A stretch of 64,000 bases of DNA from Squalus acanthias (GCA_030390025.1 CM059438.1:67024001-67088000); one strand, 5' to 3'. Numbered from the stretch's first letter, positions 1 through 13,097 are shown. Notes: generated from the sequence alone by a model not told the origin. A program made the numbers and translations.

Positions 1-1740
1 GTGGGAGGGGGATGGGTTGCGTGGCCATGAAGGGATTTGAAAGCATGCAGTATCAAACGTGGTTTTATAAAGTGCTCCCTTGGACCTACTAAGCACCTCA
101 TAATTTTACCGGGAGCTAATTTAAATGTTGAGAGCGTGCCCTTCAACTCATCTCCAAACAATTGAATCTGAACCACTGGCAAAGGAACTTTATGCACACA
201 TGTAAGCATGTGTGTGAACAGCTCTCTCTCTCTCTCTCTCTTCTGGACAAGAGAATTGCGTCTCCAGGCAGTACTAATGAAATTCTGCCTGGCTGGAACC
301 AATACTGCAGCCAGCAATCTCAAATGGGTAGTTACAGTATAAATGTATTGTAAATGAGAGCATGAGAAGAGCTTGATTAACATGTTCCAAGATTTAGCAC
401 CTGAACTTCAAAACAAAAAGACTTTTTAATGAAGTTGAGAAAAATTGAGCCCAAAAACTGCTAGTGTGTTTGGATCTCAGTATTCAATAAGACTCTATAT
501 TAGTCACCAATGAAACAATTTCGTTTTTTAATTTTCTTCAAGAGGCAGTTGGATATGTTATCAAAAGAATGGATATGAAAGGATAAACCTGGGGTTTATG
601 CTGGGACAGATAATCCTTATCAAGTATATTCTTCACACACTTTAATGCTGTTGTACTGGCGGAGAGATATTAGAAATGTAATTACATTTAGACCTGACTG
701 GAATTTGGGGCTTTGTATGCAGTGTGTGTGTTTTTTTTCTTCTTTTCTCCTCATCTTTTTATGATCAAAGGGAATAAAATATTTATTTTGAATTAAACCT
801 GCTTCAGATATTGGGAAGAGAAGGGGGGTTTGTGGGCAATACGTGCTGGCTTGTTTCCCCAAAGAGAGTGGGGTTCAGCAAATCTCAGCCGCACATTTGT
901 GCTGTTGCAGATTTCACCATCTAACTTTTTGAAATTAATTTTTTTTAGATGTTTTCTTTCGGTTTCTACTCAAATTATTTTATTTTGAGGTAAAAGTCAC
1001 TCCACTGACACCACAGTTGACTGCTGCCTTTTCAGCCATTGCGCTCCTGTGCTCTGGAGCTCGCATCCTGAATCCCTCTGCCTCATGACTTCCCGCCTTG
1101 CTTGCAGAAACCTGCTCCAACCCCCTTCTGATCAGCCATTCTTCAGCCCCTACCCTGCCACGCCACCATAGTCCTTTCCATCTCTCACCTCCCTCCTCTT
1201 GGGTGCATTGTTGGGTTGTTCTCAATGTTACCTGCTTTAAAACATGTGAGGGCAACCAAAGAAGTACAAGTAGTTCTTATAAATGTGGACTTAACCACCA
1301 CTCACTGAAAGAGGGTTGTAGGAGCGTAAATGAGGCTGCAAAGTCCGTGACTTGCTTCTTACAAGACGGTGCACAGTATAATCACTCAATTGTCTTTCTG
1401 TGCTCTCAGAAAGCAAGACTCCCTTTGGTGAGACATCAGGGGAGAAATTGGCTAACCCCCGAAAACAGACGTGGGGATCGCAATTAACTCACGCCCGTTC
1501 ATTGCGTTGCAGGCAGCCTGTTAAATTGGTGCTGCCTGCTCTTTTAAGTGATTGCTGTGTGCAGCCAGCGTTTCCCACGCTGCTCATTACCTGCATGCTT
1601 CAGCAGGGGGGGGCTTGATATTGCGAGTGGCTAGTGCAACTTAAAGGCAGCCTGCACCTCTTGAAGGGGAGGTGCATTGTGGCTGCAAGAAGTGGTGGGA
1701 GTTTTTTCAAAAGTCAATCTGGGCTTTTATACTTTGAGCA

Positions 1741-3065
1741 ATGGCTGAACATGCGAGAGAGGGAGCACCAAGATTTTTACACAATGCACTGGCGGTCTTG
1801 ATGGAAGCGATGGTGAGAAACAGAGCCATCTGTATCCACAGGCGCAGGAGGCCCTCCAGACAGATGCTCAGGAGCAGTGGGACCAAGTAGCTGCAGAGGT
1901 CAATGCCAGAAGTGTTGGTCCAAGAACATAGATGCAGTGCAGGTAGAAGTTTAATGATCTGTCAAGGTGAGTGAGTTCATCTTCGAATGGCACATGCTAC
2001 CAACTGCACCAGTAGACTCCTCCACTGCTCAATTCACTGCATCCCCATCACCCACCTACCAACAATCTCTATCAACCAGGACTCAGCCCTAAAATTCATA
2101 TGCTTTACCTCACCCTCACACATTTAGCACTGTAGCAAGCCTCACACCCGCAGCTCACAGCTCACACACACTGGCAGCTATTTAGAGGCTAGGATAGAGG
2201 AGGGATCTGCACATGGTAAGACACTGGGCACAAGTGCGCAGGAGCCAGGGCGGGGGGGGAAAGGATAGCGCAGGCACCAGCTCGCTAGAGGCGAGGTCGC
2301 ACACTAGTTCTGCTGCAGAGGACTCAGACGAGGACTTTGATGGGCCAGGCTACAGAAGAAGACTGATGGCTGTACACAACCAAATGCTTGGTGCATTGGG
2401 AAGCCTGCTAGAAAGCCTGAGCTCAGTGTCAAGGAGCATGGAGGAGTCCAGCACCACCTTATGGCACAGGGCTTTATGCAGACCTCGGAGCCCATCCTTT
2501 CCAACATTAAACAGGCGGTCACCTCCATCAGCACACCTGTGATGTAGTGTCTAATGGCTGATGTCACTGCTTCCATTGCAGCACAAACAGCTTCCCTCAA
2601 AGGTCGGAGTGCTGGTGTGGAAGCTCAGACTGCTGCCATCATAGTTCTGGATACCACTGTGCTAAGGGCCTTCCAGGGCATCACAAGAGTCCATCAATCA
2701 GTAGGATTTACGAGGTGCTGCTCTGGAAGAGTGGTAGCGGCTCTATGGAGCACAAACCTGCTGTCCTCTCTCAGGATAACAGCATTCCTGCTCCCATCAT
2801 GCCACTCCGCCAGTGCCCTTGCTATTGCCTGTCAGCCAGCCAGCCCAGACTGCTGCAGCTCATGCCGAGATGGTGCAGTCTGAAGCTGGGCCTTCTGAGC
2901 TCAGAGCTGCTCGAAGTCATCCTCCAAGGTCATTTGCAATCTCCTCAATTGGAGGTCAGCAGCTTTCCACCACCCATCCTGCTACCACTGGGGAAGCACC
3001 TTGTAGGAGCACTAGGAGAGGCAACGGCACCTGGAAGACTGGCACTAAGGGAATGCACAAGGTGA
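1741..3065 (+). pseudogene. Harbinger Myb/SANT-like DNA-binding partner gene of copy A
   Basis: Starts MAEHAREGAPRF; QCR*KFNDL motif; donor AAG|GTGAGT at 1966; later SAAEDSDEDFDG block shared with copies B and D; stops and frameshifts. Confidence 0.8.
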
Positions 3066-3249
3066 TTTGTTTATTTTTGTATGCGTTATGTATGATGGAA
3101 TTCATAAATCTGGATTAGAATTTGGACTTTCTGATGGTTTTTATTTTTGTGTTGTGGGAAAGAGGACAATGTGATGGTCAGTGATAGAGGAAAGGTAAGG
3201 TGTGTGAGACTGTTGGTGAATGGGTGGTGTGGTTGCGGTTCTGGTATCG

Positions 3250-4398
3250 CTTATATATTATTTGATCTTGTGGCGCGTGGGCAGAAAGGGGCTGTCTACG
3301 TTGTGTCCTCGCTTTGTCTTCCTGTTCCTCCACTTCCTGTTGCACTTCCTCCTCCTCCTCCTCTTCTTCCTCGTGCTGCTGCTCCTCAGCTTCTCACCTG
3401 TTACATGGTGGCAAGGCTGTTCCCTCATTATGATCAGCTTGTGCAGCATGCAACATACTACCACAAATCTTGATATCCGCTCAGTTCACTACTGCAGGAC
3501 TTCTCCGGAGTGGTCCAGGCAGTGGAAACGTTGCTTGAAGAAGCCGATGGTGTGCTTTATAATGTTCCTTGTGGCAGCATGGCTCTCGTTGTAGGCCTGC
3601 TGTGCACGTGTGCATTGTTTCTGGACTGGAGTCATGAGCCATGTCATGAGTGGATAACCCTTGTTGCCCAGTAGCCAGCCTTTGACTTGCCGTGGTGGGT
3701 CAAATACTGGTGGCACAGAGGACTGCCGCAGAATGAAGGAACCGTGACTACTGCCAGGATAGCGGGCATTCACCTGCATGATGTGCTGCCTGTGATCACA
3801 CACCAGCTGCACATTGAGGGAATGGAATCCCTTTTGGCTCATATAAATGTCAAAGTTCAGATAAGGCGCACGCAAGGCAACGTGCATCTCAGTGGCACCC
3901 TGCACCATGGGGACGCCTATAATCCGTGCAAAACCTTGTGCTCACTCCACCTGCTTGTCTCTGGCAAGAGGGAATGAGATGAAGCTGTCTCTCTGTGTAT
4001 AGAGAGCCTCAGTGACCTCCCTTATGCAGCAGTGTACTGCAAACTGCGAGATGTTGCTTATATCTCCAGCAGCAGTCAGATTCATAAAAGTTAAGAGCCA
4101 CGGTCACCTTGACAGCCACAGGCAATGCTGTCCTTGCCTTACTTTGAGGTTGCAGTTGTGGCTGCAGCAGTTGGCAGATTTCAGTCACGACCTCTTTTGT
4201 GAAGCGAAGACGTCTCGAGCATTGGTCCGCACTGAAGTTGAGGTGCAAGACCTTAAAACCCTCGGTGGATACGGCCTCCTGCTGAGAGCCCTCTCCCTCT
4301 TATCCTCCCTCTTCTAGCAGCTTGTCCTGCTCTGCGTGGCCTCTCTTCATTCTCCAGTCATGTTCAATTCCCAGAGGAAGGCCGACCAGGCCACTCAT
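3250..4398 (-). pseudogene. Harbinger (HARBI1-like) transposase, inactivated
   Basis: ORF pieces RLRFTKEVVTEIC, KGFHSLNVQLVCD, ARYPGSSH, VCCMLH; catalytic motifs altered (GATEMHV, LLGNKGYP, RNIIKH). Confidence 0.9.
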
Positions 4399-5374
4399 GG
4401 CTAGAAGCAACTTGCTTCAGCACAAGCTTTTAAATGAACAGAAAAGTACTTCAGTACCAACCAGACCACTCTCTATAGACTAAACAAACTTTAACCAAGT
4501 CTAGGAAAGCTCCACAAACACCAGCAGACAGAAGAAATAACCCAGCACCTAACCTGTAAGTAGTTCATGATCCTTTTAAATAGCGGTGATGGTGGGTCCT
4601 TCATTTCGTTTAACATTGTGTTCAGATGTGCAAGGGTTAAGACAGGGCATAGGCTGGAGCATGGATTTCAGAAATGGTAGCGCTGGCGTCAAATCAGCAT
4701 TGCCCACTGACTGATGTCATACTCTGCCTGCTCTGCATGCTGCCGGCGGTCGTTGGGTGCACTCGCGCAAACCTCTTTACGAAGATAGCGTCCGGCGCAC
4801 TTCCCATCGGAAGCATTTCGGACACCATTTTCGAGCATTAGGAGGCTGCATAGCACCTAAAAGAACGGGCGCTACAGAGCCCAAGTTCTCCCCCATCTGC
4901 CCTTGGAGATCAGTGCACCTTATTCTCACACGACATAACATTCAACAATTTTTTTCCTGCAATTGAGCTCTGCATGATGCTTAGTCAAAGTGTGATGTGA
5001 TCCTTCTCTGAACAACCCTTGTTCCAATATCGACAAAGGCTCAAATGTAATTACACTCTATGATCATGCGCCAATGTCTGTAGGAAATTACAGAAAGATG
5101 GGTCAGGAGGTGAACAGATAATTTGAAAATAATTTACTCCTAAAGGGCACTGGATCTAAGGACATATAAAAATAATTGGAGATGAGTTTCTATTTTAATG
5201 ATGCCAACAAGTCAGTGCAGTATGTTAGGACAATCTCCCACTCATCTCTGGAATATTGATTTGCGCTTATTCCAGGCTGATGAGATCTTTTTATCTGAAA
5301 ACAATAAGAAATCTGAGTGAAATTAGTTTTGACAGTTTTAATAATTTTTAATACTTTTTTTAAATGGTGAATAA

Positions 5375-6107
5375 CTAGGTAATGTTGGTATTCAGAGCGA
5401 CCTGGGTGTCCTTGTACACAAATCACAGAAAGGTGACATGCAGGTATAGCAAGCAATTAGGAAAGCAAATGATATGTTAGCCTTTAGAACAGAGGGATTG
5501 GAGTAAAGAAGTCTCACTACAGTTATATAGGGCCTTGGTGAGACCACACCTGGGGTACTGTGAACAGTTTTGGTCTCCTTACCTAAGGAAGGATATACTT
5601 GCCTTAGAGGGAGTGCAACGAAGGTTCACTAGACTGATTGCTGGGGTGAGGGGATTGTCCGATGAGAAGAGATTGAGCAGAATAGGCCTTTTTTCCCTAG
5701 AGTTTAGAAGATTGAGAGGTGATCTCATTGAAACGTATAACATTCTTAAAGGACTTGACAGGATAGATGCTAAGAGGATGTTTCCCCTGGCTGGAGTGTC
5801 TAGACCTGTGGGTCACAGTCTCAGAATAAGGGGTTGGCCGTTTAGGATTGAGATGAGGAGAAATTTATTCACTCAAAGGGTTGTGAATTTTTGGAATTCT
5901 CTACCCCAGAGAGCTGTGGATGCTCAGTCGTTGAGTATATTCAAGACAGAGATTGTTAGATTTTTGGATACTAAGGGAATCAAGGGATATAGGGATAGTG
6001 TGAGAAAGTGGAAATGAGGTAGAAGATCAGCCATGATCTTATTGAATGGCGGAGCAGGCTCAAAGGGCCGAGTGGCCTATACCTGTTCCTATTTCTTATG
6101 TTCTTGT
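5375..6107 (+). mobile_element. CR1 LINE 3' fragment
   Basis: ORF 5535-6017 VRPHLGYCEQFWSP...RRLRGDLIE; CR1-type 3' end ATTTCTTATGTTCTT. Confidence 0.93.
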
Positions 6108-6354
6108 GTAATCTATTTCCAAACAGATATGAGATCATAGATAAAATTCCCAGAATTTGTCACAAATTGGCAATAGTGTCATATAGCTGACCATGTAGCT
6201 GGTTCGAAATGTCAAGTGTCAGGGTGGTATGATAGTGGGGTCAGAGCATGTTGTTGAACTGAGCTTTACCTATGACTGTAACTTACCCATGAATACTGGT
6301 TGCTGAGATTAGGTACAAAGATGAGAACAGTTGTCATTCCTTCATTACGAAGAA

Positions 6355-6675
6355 TGACCTTGCAGTTATATAATGCCATTCATGTCCTCAGGATAACCCC
6401 AAGTCCTTCAGAGTCAATAAGGAACTTTTGAAAATTGTAATGTAGGCAAATGTGGCAGTTAATTTGTGCACTGCTCTTTTTCTTTGATTGATGTCATGGG
6501 ATCCTTTACGTCCATCTATGAGGGCAGACATGGTCTCAGTTTAACATCGCAGCAGAAAGACGACACCTCTGACAGTGCAGTAGTCAATGAAGTATCATTA
6601 TGTCTTCAAATCCTTGATTAAAGCTTGAACCCATGACTTTCTGTCTCAGAGGGTGCAACCACTGAGCCAATGTTG
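6355..6675 (-). mobile_element. Degenerate Deu-core SINE
   Basis: Similar to 23468-23840 and 35789-36137 (CATGGGATCCTTTACGTCCA...TTTAACATC). Confidence 0.6.
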
Positions 6676-6728
6676 ACATCTCTCACAGAAGAGAAAACCA
6701 AGCACACCACATATCATTGCAAACACTT

Positions 6729-7008
6729 AACAACAACTTGCATTGATATAGCGCCTTTAATTCAGTAAAACATCCCAAGGCGCTTCACAGGAGCATTATA
6801 AAACAAAATGTGACATCGAGCCACATAAGGAGTTATTAGGGCAGATGACCAAAAGCTTGGCCCAAGAGGTAGCTTAACGGAGGAGAGAGAGTTAGCGATG
6901 CGGAGAGCTTTGGAGAGGGAATTCCAGAGCTTAGAGCCTAGGCGGCTGAAGGTGTGGCTTCCAATTGTGAAGTGCTTAAAACCGGGGATGCGCAAGAGGC
7001 TAGAATTA
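6729..7008 (-). mobile_element. L2 LINE 3' fragment
   Basis: Homologous to 55785-56100; KLWNSL motif; (CAA)n-ACTTG tail. Confidence 0.85.
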
Positions 7009-7029
7009 AAGTAAACCTAGCCATGATGA

Positions 7030-7280
7030 CAGCAGTCAGAGCTTGGGTGGCAGCAAGCTCACACTGCATGACAGCGGTCTGAGCTTGGGTGTCAGCAAGC
7101 TGACACTGCACGACAGCAGTCTGAGCTTGGGTGGCAGCAAGCTGACACTGCACGACAGCAGTCTGAGCTTGGGTGTCATCACATTGAGACTGCATGAGAG
7201 CAGTCTAAGTTTGGATGGCGCCAAGCAGAGATTGCATGAGAGCGGTCTGTGTTTCCGCTGCAGCACTAAGACATTGGGTC
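7030..7280. repeat. 42-bp tandem repeat, about 5.5-6 units, coding a 14-aa unit TQAQTAVVQCQLAA on the minus strand
   Basis: Unit CAGCAGTCTGAGCTTGGGTGGCAGCAAGCTGACACTGCACGA seen directly. Confidence 0.93.
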
Positions 7281-7450
7281 GCTTCCGTCTGTGCATCGCC
7301 CATCACACGTACCATTGCGTCTGGGTCGACACGGTTTCTTCGGGAGTCTTCCATCATTCTGGGCTCCAAGCTCTGTGCAGAGCCCGGTGCAATGTTGGAG
7401 GTGGACTCCTCCATGCTCCTTGACATTGCCACGAGGCACTCTGGCAAGCT

Positions 7451-9442
7451 TGAAGGGATAATTACTAGTCCTAGCCCCTTTAGGGCTACCCTGGATCAGG
7501 CGTATTCCTCAGACGTTCACTTTCAACTAAGGTTTCAGGTAGCCGAATGCTAAAGACGCTTAATTGGGTCTAAAGTCCGGACTATCTCTCCCTAAAGGAA
7601 AGGAACAACCTGAAAATGTTACCGTCCTCCAGATAGCACTTTTAATAAGTTGAGCTAGACTGTAATGGTCCGGATATTATGAGGGTCCGGAAAACTCCCC
7701 CAGAATTCTGTAACTCCTCACCAAAGAGTGTACAGAGATTGAATTCACGAGTTTGATACAGAAGTCTTATGTGAGACAATTCTAAAAATATATAGATTTA
7801 TTAAAGAACCGACATGTAATTTACAGTTGGTGAGTCAATCGCAACATTAACAGTTCCAAAAAGAGAAAGCTTACAATTCTATTATCAGAGAACCTTACTT
7901 TCAAATCTTAACTTCGCTACAGTTTTACAGTTCTTAAAGTTCTATTCAGGATATCCACCAAAATCAAATACCTTTGATCCCCGAGGCACAAAGAGTTGGA
8001 GACTTACAGAGCCGCCTCTGAAGCCGCGAATCGCTTTGCCCCTTTAAAGCGAGTCTACTATCCCATTTGAGAGTTCAATCTTTATACCCTTTTCCAGTGG
8101 TATTTCCTTTAAGGTTTTCTGCTGATGTAAGTTAATTATCTCTAGTCATTTTTCTGCTGACCCCTGCAATTATTACAGTCACCTCAGCTGGTAGCATTAC
8201 AGAATTATGGTGGAGAAATTCAATATCGCCGCATTTGGGGCGCAAAGATTAGCGCCTCCGACTGCAAACTTGACTTTTATCGCCCCTGGAGGTGATTGGA
8301 GCGCTAAATCAGGCGCTTCACACCTGTCTTAAGGCGCAAAGGCCGAGGAGCGAGGTGCTATCTCAGAGCGCTGGCGAAGCTCATGTGATGTCAGTCAGCA
8401 ATGGAACACACATACAATGGCGCCGGCCAGTTCTTAAAGGGGAGGGTTGATCGTGCTTTCCATCCACATCCTGCTCATTGCAGCCTTGAATCTCGGCCTG
8501 GAGAGACCTGTACATCAAATCTGCTGGAAAGAACAATGGAGAGGACCAGGGAAACAGCTCAGAGTGCAGCCCCCACAGCCTCTTCTAAATCGATACAAGG
8601 AAGGGCAAATCAAAATGAACCTGCAAAGTGCTGCTCAGTAGCCAAAACTCATTCACACAGCGTTGAATCTCTTCAGAAGTCTCTCTCTCTCTCTCTCAGA
8701 ATGCGTGGTTCAAAAATGTTACTAACAATAAAAGGCAGGAAGCGGTTGCCTTTAAATAGCGCTCACCCAGTCCCTTCCTGGCTGCAAAACGCTCCCCTCA
8801 ACCTGTCGTTGCTAGCGGCAGGCGGTAAGGCAGGGGGCGCCACTCAATATCTGCTCCGGGGCGCTACCAGGGCGTTGCGCACTCGACTGATGTCACAATC
8901 TGCCGGTGCAGGAGATCATGGCAGTAGTGATTAGCGCTGCCGCAAAATGTCTAGTTAATTTCGCGAGCGGCGCAAACATCGCCTGAACCCGTGCACTAGT
9001 TGCTTTGCGCCCCATTTGCACCCTCTTAAGGCGCTAACGGGAGACGCAACCAACTGAATTTTTCTCCCTATGTCTCTTCTCTAGGTGTTCTAAGTTTACC
9101 ATAAAAAACGATGTAACGGCAGGTGTGTTTTACTTGATGTCATTTTTACGAAGGCAGATGTTTGTGCTTCTTTACGAGGTGTAAATTAGAACACCTTGTA
9201 CAAGGTGAACCATTGTTTCATTCCGAAAGGTTCAGCCTACTGGAGCCTTTAACCTTCTTTTTCAATAAGGTTATTGATTCAGTGTCAACAACTATCTTAT
9301 CTCTATAGCCAAAATACTTTCACAGCTTTTTCATAGTTAGGTTTCTAGATTTCCAAACCCAGTTTGTCATGTTTTAATAAGGCCAGAATTCTTTCAAAAG
9401 ATAGTGTATTTTTCTGAATAGGTTATATGGCTTATTCCTTCA
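7451..9442 (-). mobile_element. Solo LTR, about 1.13 kb after removing the nested MITE; family unrecognised
   Basis: TG...CA with 11-bp terminal inverted repeat TGAAGG(G/A)ATAA; exact 6-bp TSD CAAGCT (7445-7450, 9443-9448); minus-strand TATAAA (8081-8086) and AATAAA (about 7797-7802); host Harbinger sequence rejoins across it. Confidence 0.9.
8209..9068 (+). mobile_element. Harbinger-type non-autonomous element (MITE)
   Basis: TIRs GGTGGAGAAATTC / GAATTTTTCTCCC; TSD TAT; highly similar inverted copy at 33758-34651. Confidence 0.92.
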
Positions 9443-10453
9443 CAAGCTTGCCATTACCCTTCGTCTGAAGGCCGCCCCATCGAGGTCCTCATCTGAGTCC
9501 TGTGCAGCAGAACACTCACGCGAACTCGACCTCCAGGGAGCTGGCCCCCAAGCTACCCTTTCCCCTTGGTCTTGCTGCAGCCCACTCATGCCCGGTGCCT
9601 CACCCTGTGAAGATCCCGCTACTACATTAGCCTCTAAAGTACGCGTAGTACCAGTTTCTGGGCTGGTGTCTGTGAGTGACAGATGCAGTGACACAGTGTC
9701 TTCTTCCTCTTCTTTTCCCCCCTCGCTCTCCTGCATCACCTCAGGGACAGGCTGGTCCAGTGCTTGTGTTGATTATCTGAAAGCAGAAAGGCACAAGAGT
9801 TGGGTTATAGTGAGGGGAGACAGGGGTTGGGGGAGGGGGGGGAGCCAGATGTGCATTCATACATTCATCTGTAGCTTGAAAGTGAGAAGAGATTGTGGGA
9901 TGACGGGGAAGTGGGATGTGAGAAGAGACGTGTGTGAGTGAGTGTGGTGCAATGTGTTTGGGTGATGTGTCTGCCATAGTTGAATAGCTGGCAGTGTGTG
10001 CAAGGTGCGAGTTGTGGGTATGAATGTTGCAGCAGTGGTAAGGTTGTGAGTCTGAAGTGAAGCTATGATTGTGAGGTGTGAGTGGTGATCGGTAGAGATT
10101 GTTGGTAGGTGAGTGCTAGGGGTATGGTGCATTGAGCAATGTGTGAGGTTTGTGGTGCAGGTGATGGTATATGGCATTTGCTGAAGCCTTCACTCACCTT
10201 GACTACCCATTTGAGGTCATTAAACTTCTTTCGACACTGGATGGTCGAACCTGGCACCACAGTGTTCGCCATCATATATGCGGCCATCTTGTTCACATCA
10301 TTTGGGAGATGTATGACGAGGGCTTCCTGCCAGTCTGGGGGAAGAGGACAGCCCGTCTGCTCTCCACGGCCACAACCAGTGCCTACAGAGCTGCGTCCGA
10401 AAATCTCCTGGCTCTTTCCCTATGAGGACACTCTGCCATTGCGTTGGAGCTCC

Positions 10454-10492
<39 letters not shown>

Positions 10493-10744
10493 CCTTTTAA
10501 GTAGTGGAAAAAGCCTGAGCCACACATGACAGTGATTTAGACTGGCTCCAATATTGGTCCACCTGTTGAGCATTAAGCCAATGAACAGCAGCTTTAGTGC
10601 TGAAATCATGACTATAATCATGTTAATGAGGACTGAGCACAAATTTTGTGTGCTACCTAGACCATTTTGAGGTGGCACAGCTTAACATCATTAGGCCTTA
10701 ACACCGCCCGTTTTGTGGCTATATCCAATTTCTAGGCCTCTGCA

Positions 10745-10915
10745 TGCTGGGTCAATTGAAATTTTCAAGACTAAGATTGATAGATTTTTGTTAGGTATAG
10801 GTATCTAGGGATATGGAGCAAAGGCAGGTCAGTAGAGTTGAGGTACAGATCAGCCATGACCTAATTGAATGGCAGTTAGTTTAGGCTCGAGGGGCTGAAT
10901 GACCTACTCCTGTTC
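10745..10915 (+). mobile_element. CR1 3' tail fragment
   Basis: TTCAAGACT...GATCAGCCATGA...CCTACTCCTGTT matches other CR1 ends in the window. Confidence 0.8.
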
Positions 10916-11624
10916 ATCTCATCAGATCAATTATATCTTATATAAATGCTCCCTGCTTTGTTTTCAGGTGATAAACAACCAGGTTTTATGAAACCAATTG
11001 ACTTTAATAGTCCCACTGTTTAACCATATGTGAATTACTTTTAATTTGGTATTAATTTAATTTGTATTTTAAATGCTATTTATGCTGACCTGCTCCCTTC
11101 AACTTGGATGTAAAACTGTAGCTCAACGTGACCGATTTGAAGGATATCCTAACAGCCTTTATAGATCTTGATTTGGGTTATAGCGAGGGAACCAGTTTAG
11201 TAAAGTCTCAAAGATCAGATATTTTTAGAGATGGTTAATTCACCCAGGGAGAATGAGGACATGATGGAGTTGTGCAGTTCAGTATGTAAAAAGAAAAGCA
11301 CTTGATCCTGCGGAGTGGCCTCATCTTATATCTGTTTGGAGATCAGTTTATTTGATGTCACCGTGTCTTGTGATGCAATACTATTCCCTTTATTACAGCA
11401 ACCAGAAATGGATGCTATTACAATCAGCATTCCTAGTTATTTTGACAACTGAACAAAGATCATGCAGAATTAGGTGTGCAGCCAACTGGTTGGAAAGAGA
11501 ACACTCATTTCGGAGATGGTCTGGTCTTGTGTTGATTTCCTTGGGAAGAAGTCTCCCTCTTTCTAAGGAATACTAATGGAGTAATGGTGCTGTGATCCTG
11601 ATGATAAGATGGGCCATCTTTTGT

Positions 11625-11953
11625 TTCTTTAATTATCCTGTTACCACTCCCTTTTGCCTTGCACCATCATCCCTTTTGTCATTTAATCACTCCTGCCTTC
11701 CGCCCTATCACAGACCTTCCCTTTTGATCTTTCCTCCCCTCCCCCCCGCCCCCCCCCCCGTTCCCTGCCTCTGTACTTGCTTATATTTGTTACATACTTG
11801 TTACATCTCTAACCTTTTTCTAGTTCTGATGAGAGTTCATCGACCTGAAACGTTAACTCTGTTACTCTCTCCACAGATGCTGCCTGACCTGCTGAGCATT
11901 TCCAGCATTTTCTGTTTTTATTTCAGATTTCCAGCATCCGCAATATTTTGCTT
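11625..11953 (+). mobile_element. Penelope-like element 3' (pLTR) fragment with a hammerhead motif at 11822-11858
   Basis: Homologous to 63040-63326; AGTT-CTGATGA...GAAACGTT-AACT, stem II partly mutated. Confidence 0.85.
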
Positions 11954-12165
11954 AATATTGAGATCTTGCTGCTTAAGGTGTCAATCTATTCAATCCACCT
12001 AGGATGGCACACAATCAGTATCTATCTTTTGGAAAATTTTCCAAGCAATTGATAACCTGTGAATGAGTGTTAATGTGAGGTGACTGTGATTTTTTTTTAA
12101 TTCGTTTTTTTATGTTCAGGGAAGTGGAAGCAATGATTCAATAACATTTTATCTCTCCGGTGTTT

Positions 12166-12835
12166 TTTTAATTTGTTTATGGGATGTGAGCGTCGCTGGC
12201 AATGCCAGCATTTATTGCCCATCCCTAATTGCCCTTGAGAAGGTGGTGGTGAGCCGCCTTCTTGAACCGCTGCAGTCCGTGTGGTGAAGATACTCCCACA
12301 GTGCTGTTCGGGAGGGAGTTCCAGGATTTTGACCCAGCGACGATGAAGGAACGGCGATATACTTCCAAGTCAGGATGGTGTGTGACTTGGAGGGGAACTT
12401 GGAGGTGGTGGTGTTCCCATGCGCCTGCTGCCCTTGTCCTTCTAGGTGGAAGAGGTCGCGGGTTTGGGAGGTGCTGCCGAAGAAGCCTTGGCGAGTTGCT
12501 GCAATGCATCTTGTAGATGGTACACACTGCAGCCACGATGCGCCGGTGGTGGAGGGAGTGAATGTTTAAGGTGGTGGATGGGGTGCCAATCAAGCGGGCT
12601 GCTTGGTCCTGGATGGTGTTGAGCTTCTTGAGTGTTGTTGGAGCTGCACTCATCCAGGCAAGTGGAGAGTATTCCATCACACTCCTTACTTGTGCCTTGT
12701 AGATGGTGGAAAGGCTTTGGGGAGTCAGGAGGTGAGACACTCGCCACTGAATACCCAGCCTCTGACCTGCTCTTGTTGCCACAGTATTTATGTGGCTGGT
12801 CCAGTTACGTTTCTGGTCAATGGTGACCCCCAGGA
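12166..12835 (-). mobile_element. CR1/Jockey-group LINE 3' fragment, distinct from the main CR1 family
   Basis: ORF ILGVTIDQKRNWTSHI...IYKAQVRSVMEYSPLAW...WNSLP; tail GGGCAATAAATGCTGG...polyA. Confidence 0.88.
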
Positions 12836-13097
12836 TGAGAAATTCAGTCATTTGCTGCTTTTTTCTCTCCTCTTCGAGGGTGTACACAAGCCATCTGCTC
12901 ACACATAAAAGGATGGACTCCCGCTTATGATAGTGACTCTGACTGTTTCTGCGAACTTTCAGGATAAGGCAGGGCCACTGATTGCTGTAGCCCTCTGTGA
13001 CAAATAGCTTTGGGGAAGCAGAAACTTCCTCTTGAAAAATGACATTAGCAGATCACAGCCAACACATACACAATTATTTTTTAAAAATGTACAAATT

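Larger units (their letters stand above)
1438..4894. mobile_element. PIF/Harbinger DNA transposon copy A, full-length layout, decayed
   Basis: TIRs AGGGGAGAAATTGG / CCAAGTTCTCCCCC; 3-bp TSD ATC (1435-1437, 4895-4897); convergent Myb/SANT-like gene (+) and HARBI1-like transposase (-). Confidence 0.92.
7015..10738 (-). mobile_element. Truncated Harbinger copy B (Myb/SANT gene remnant plus one TIR), split by a solo LTR
   Basis: TIR CCAATTTCTAGGCC at 10725-10738; QCRKKFNDL and SAAQDSDEDLDG peptides homologous to copy D; the exon-2 equivalent is deleted; (TTA)n at 10454-10491. Confidence 0.85.

Noticed and set aside
7030..7280. Possible CRISPR-like array
   Set aside because: Head-to-tail repeats without unique spacers; eukaryotic transposon coding sequence
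8401..8934. 177-aa ORF with a paralog at 34045-34425
   Set aside because: Lies inside a MITE; no recognisable domain; the reading frame ends differently in the sister copy
11592..12002. Recurrent PETLTL..SPQMLPDLLS ORFs (also 28745, 61456, 63133)
   Set aside because: Spurious translations of the non-coding Penelope pLTR
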